In this document: in pieces, positions 63,315-64,000 of the stretch
Numbering within the stretch: the stretch's first letter is position 1
How the letters are laid out: each line of letters begins with the position of its first letter
Source of the DNA: Candidatus Nanopelagicales bacterium
GTDB lineage: Bacteria > Actinomycetota > Actinomycetes > S36-B12
Length of the DNA stretch: 64,000 nucleotides
Reading direction: 5' to 3'
NCBI GenBank assembly: GCA_044375955.1
Contig: JBILLS010000001.1
Span: 108,912-172,911, forward strand
Translations under genes and position numbers: made by a program
Notes under the pieces: generated by a model
Database searches by the model: none
What the model was told of the DNA's origin: nothing
Seen by the model: only the letters and a program-made list of their open reading frames with translations

Positions 63315-64000
63315 GTGAAGATCCGCATCGAGCGTGACGTGCTCGCGGATGCTGTGTCCTGGGCCGCCCGCACCCTTCCCTCACGTCCATCCCTCCCCGT
63401 CCTGGCCGGTGTTGTCCTCACCGCCGAGGGGTCGAAGGTGACGCTGAGCAGCTTCGACTACGAAGTGTCGGCACGTGTCGAGGTCGAGGCGGTCGTGGAG
63501 GAACCCGGAACATCTCTGGTCTCCGGGCGCCTGTTGTCCGACATCGCGAAGTCGCTGCCACTGAAGCCTGTTGTCATTGCGTCCGAGGGATCACGGGTGT
63601 CGATCTCCTGTGAACGGTCGTCGTTCACACTTCCTACACTGCCCTTCGAGGACTATCCGCAACTTCCATCGATGCCCGAGGCAAGTGGCACCGTCGATGC
63701 GAACACGTTCGCGACCGCTGTCGCTCAGGTCGCGATCGCGGCAGGTCGCGATGACACGCTGCCCACACTCACCGGCATCCGGATGGAGTTCGACGGAGCG
63801 ACGATCACGCTCGCTGCAACAGATCGCTATCGGTTGGCTGTACGCGAGTTCACATGGAAACCGAATTCCTCGTCACTCGATACAGCCGCACTTGTGCCAG
63901 CGCGCAATCTCTCCGACACCGCGAAGTCCCTGGTTGCCGGAGACGACGTCATCATTGCGCTCGGTCCCAGTGGTGAGCGTCTCATTGGTTTCGAGGGCAA
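63315..64000 (+). CDS. dnaN: DNA polymerase III beta sliding clamp, N-terminal part (runs off window)
   Basis: GTG 63315 is preceded by GGGAGG. VKIRIERDVLADAVSWAARTLP matches the DnaN N-terminus, and the frame stays open to position 64000. Confidence 0.9.
   Translation, partial: MKIRIERDVLADAVSWAARTLPSRPSLPVLAGVVLTAEGSKVTLSSFDYEVSARVEVEAVVEEPGTSLVSGRLLSDIAKSLPLKPVVIASEGSRVSISCERSSFTLPTLPFEDYPQLPSMPEASGTVDANTFATAVAQVAIAAGRDDTLPTLTGIRMEFDGATITLAATDRYRLAVREFTWKPNSSSLDTAALVPARNLSDTAKSLVAGDDVIIALGPSGERLIGFEG

Overview
High-GC actinobacterial chromosome segment ending at the replication origin. The right 40 kb is the conserved ori-proximal block, in the order also seen in Mycobacterium (Rv0050-58, Rv3907c-24c) and Streptomyces. 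It runs dnaB, rplI-rpsR-ssb-rpsF, ponA, cca, NUDIX, a DUF6049-like gene, murJ plus a pseudokinase, ECF sigma and anti-sigma, trxBA, cwlM, parBA, rsmG, jag, yidC, yidD, rnpA, rpmH, dnaA, oriC and the start of dnaN. The left 13 kb holds a LacI-controlled sugar cluster (ABC importer, FGGY kinase, PfkB kinase, class I aldolase-like gene) plus transporters and small accessory genes. The most interesting signal is a 9.5-kb block of lower G+C (13126-22644). It is a ten-gene minus-strand catabolic/transport operon bracketed by 64-nt direct repeats that duplicate the last 20 codons and stop of dnaB. This looks like an integration scar at the 3' end of the replicative helicase gene, yet I see no recombinase inside it. 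Other notable items:
- dnaB carries a 355-aa intein with a LAGLIDADG-type insert.
- A cluster of DnaA-box-like motifs lies upstream of dnaB.
- An RHH/PIN toxin-antitoxin pair faces rpsF across a candidate rpsF leader.
- A secreted protein has nine FN3 modules, each with a Cys pair.
- A FemX-like gene is paired with an alanine-racemase-like gene.
- An aminotransferase is translationally coupled to a Ddl-like ligase next to parB.
- Two near-consensus parS sites are present.
- A perfect AT-rich palindrome sits upstream of trxB.
I saw no rRNA, tRNA, CRISPR array or transposase. All calls come from reading the sequence and the ORF track. No searches were run.
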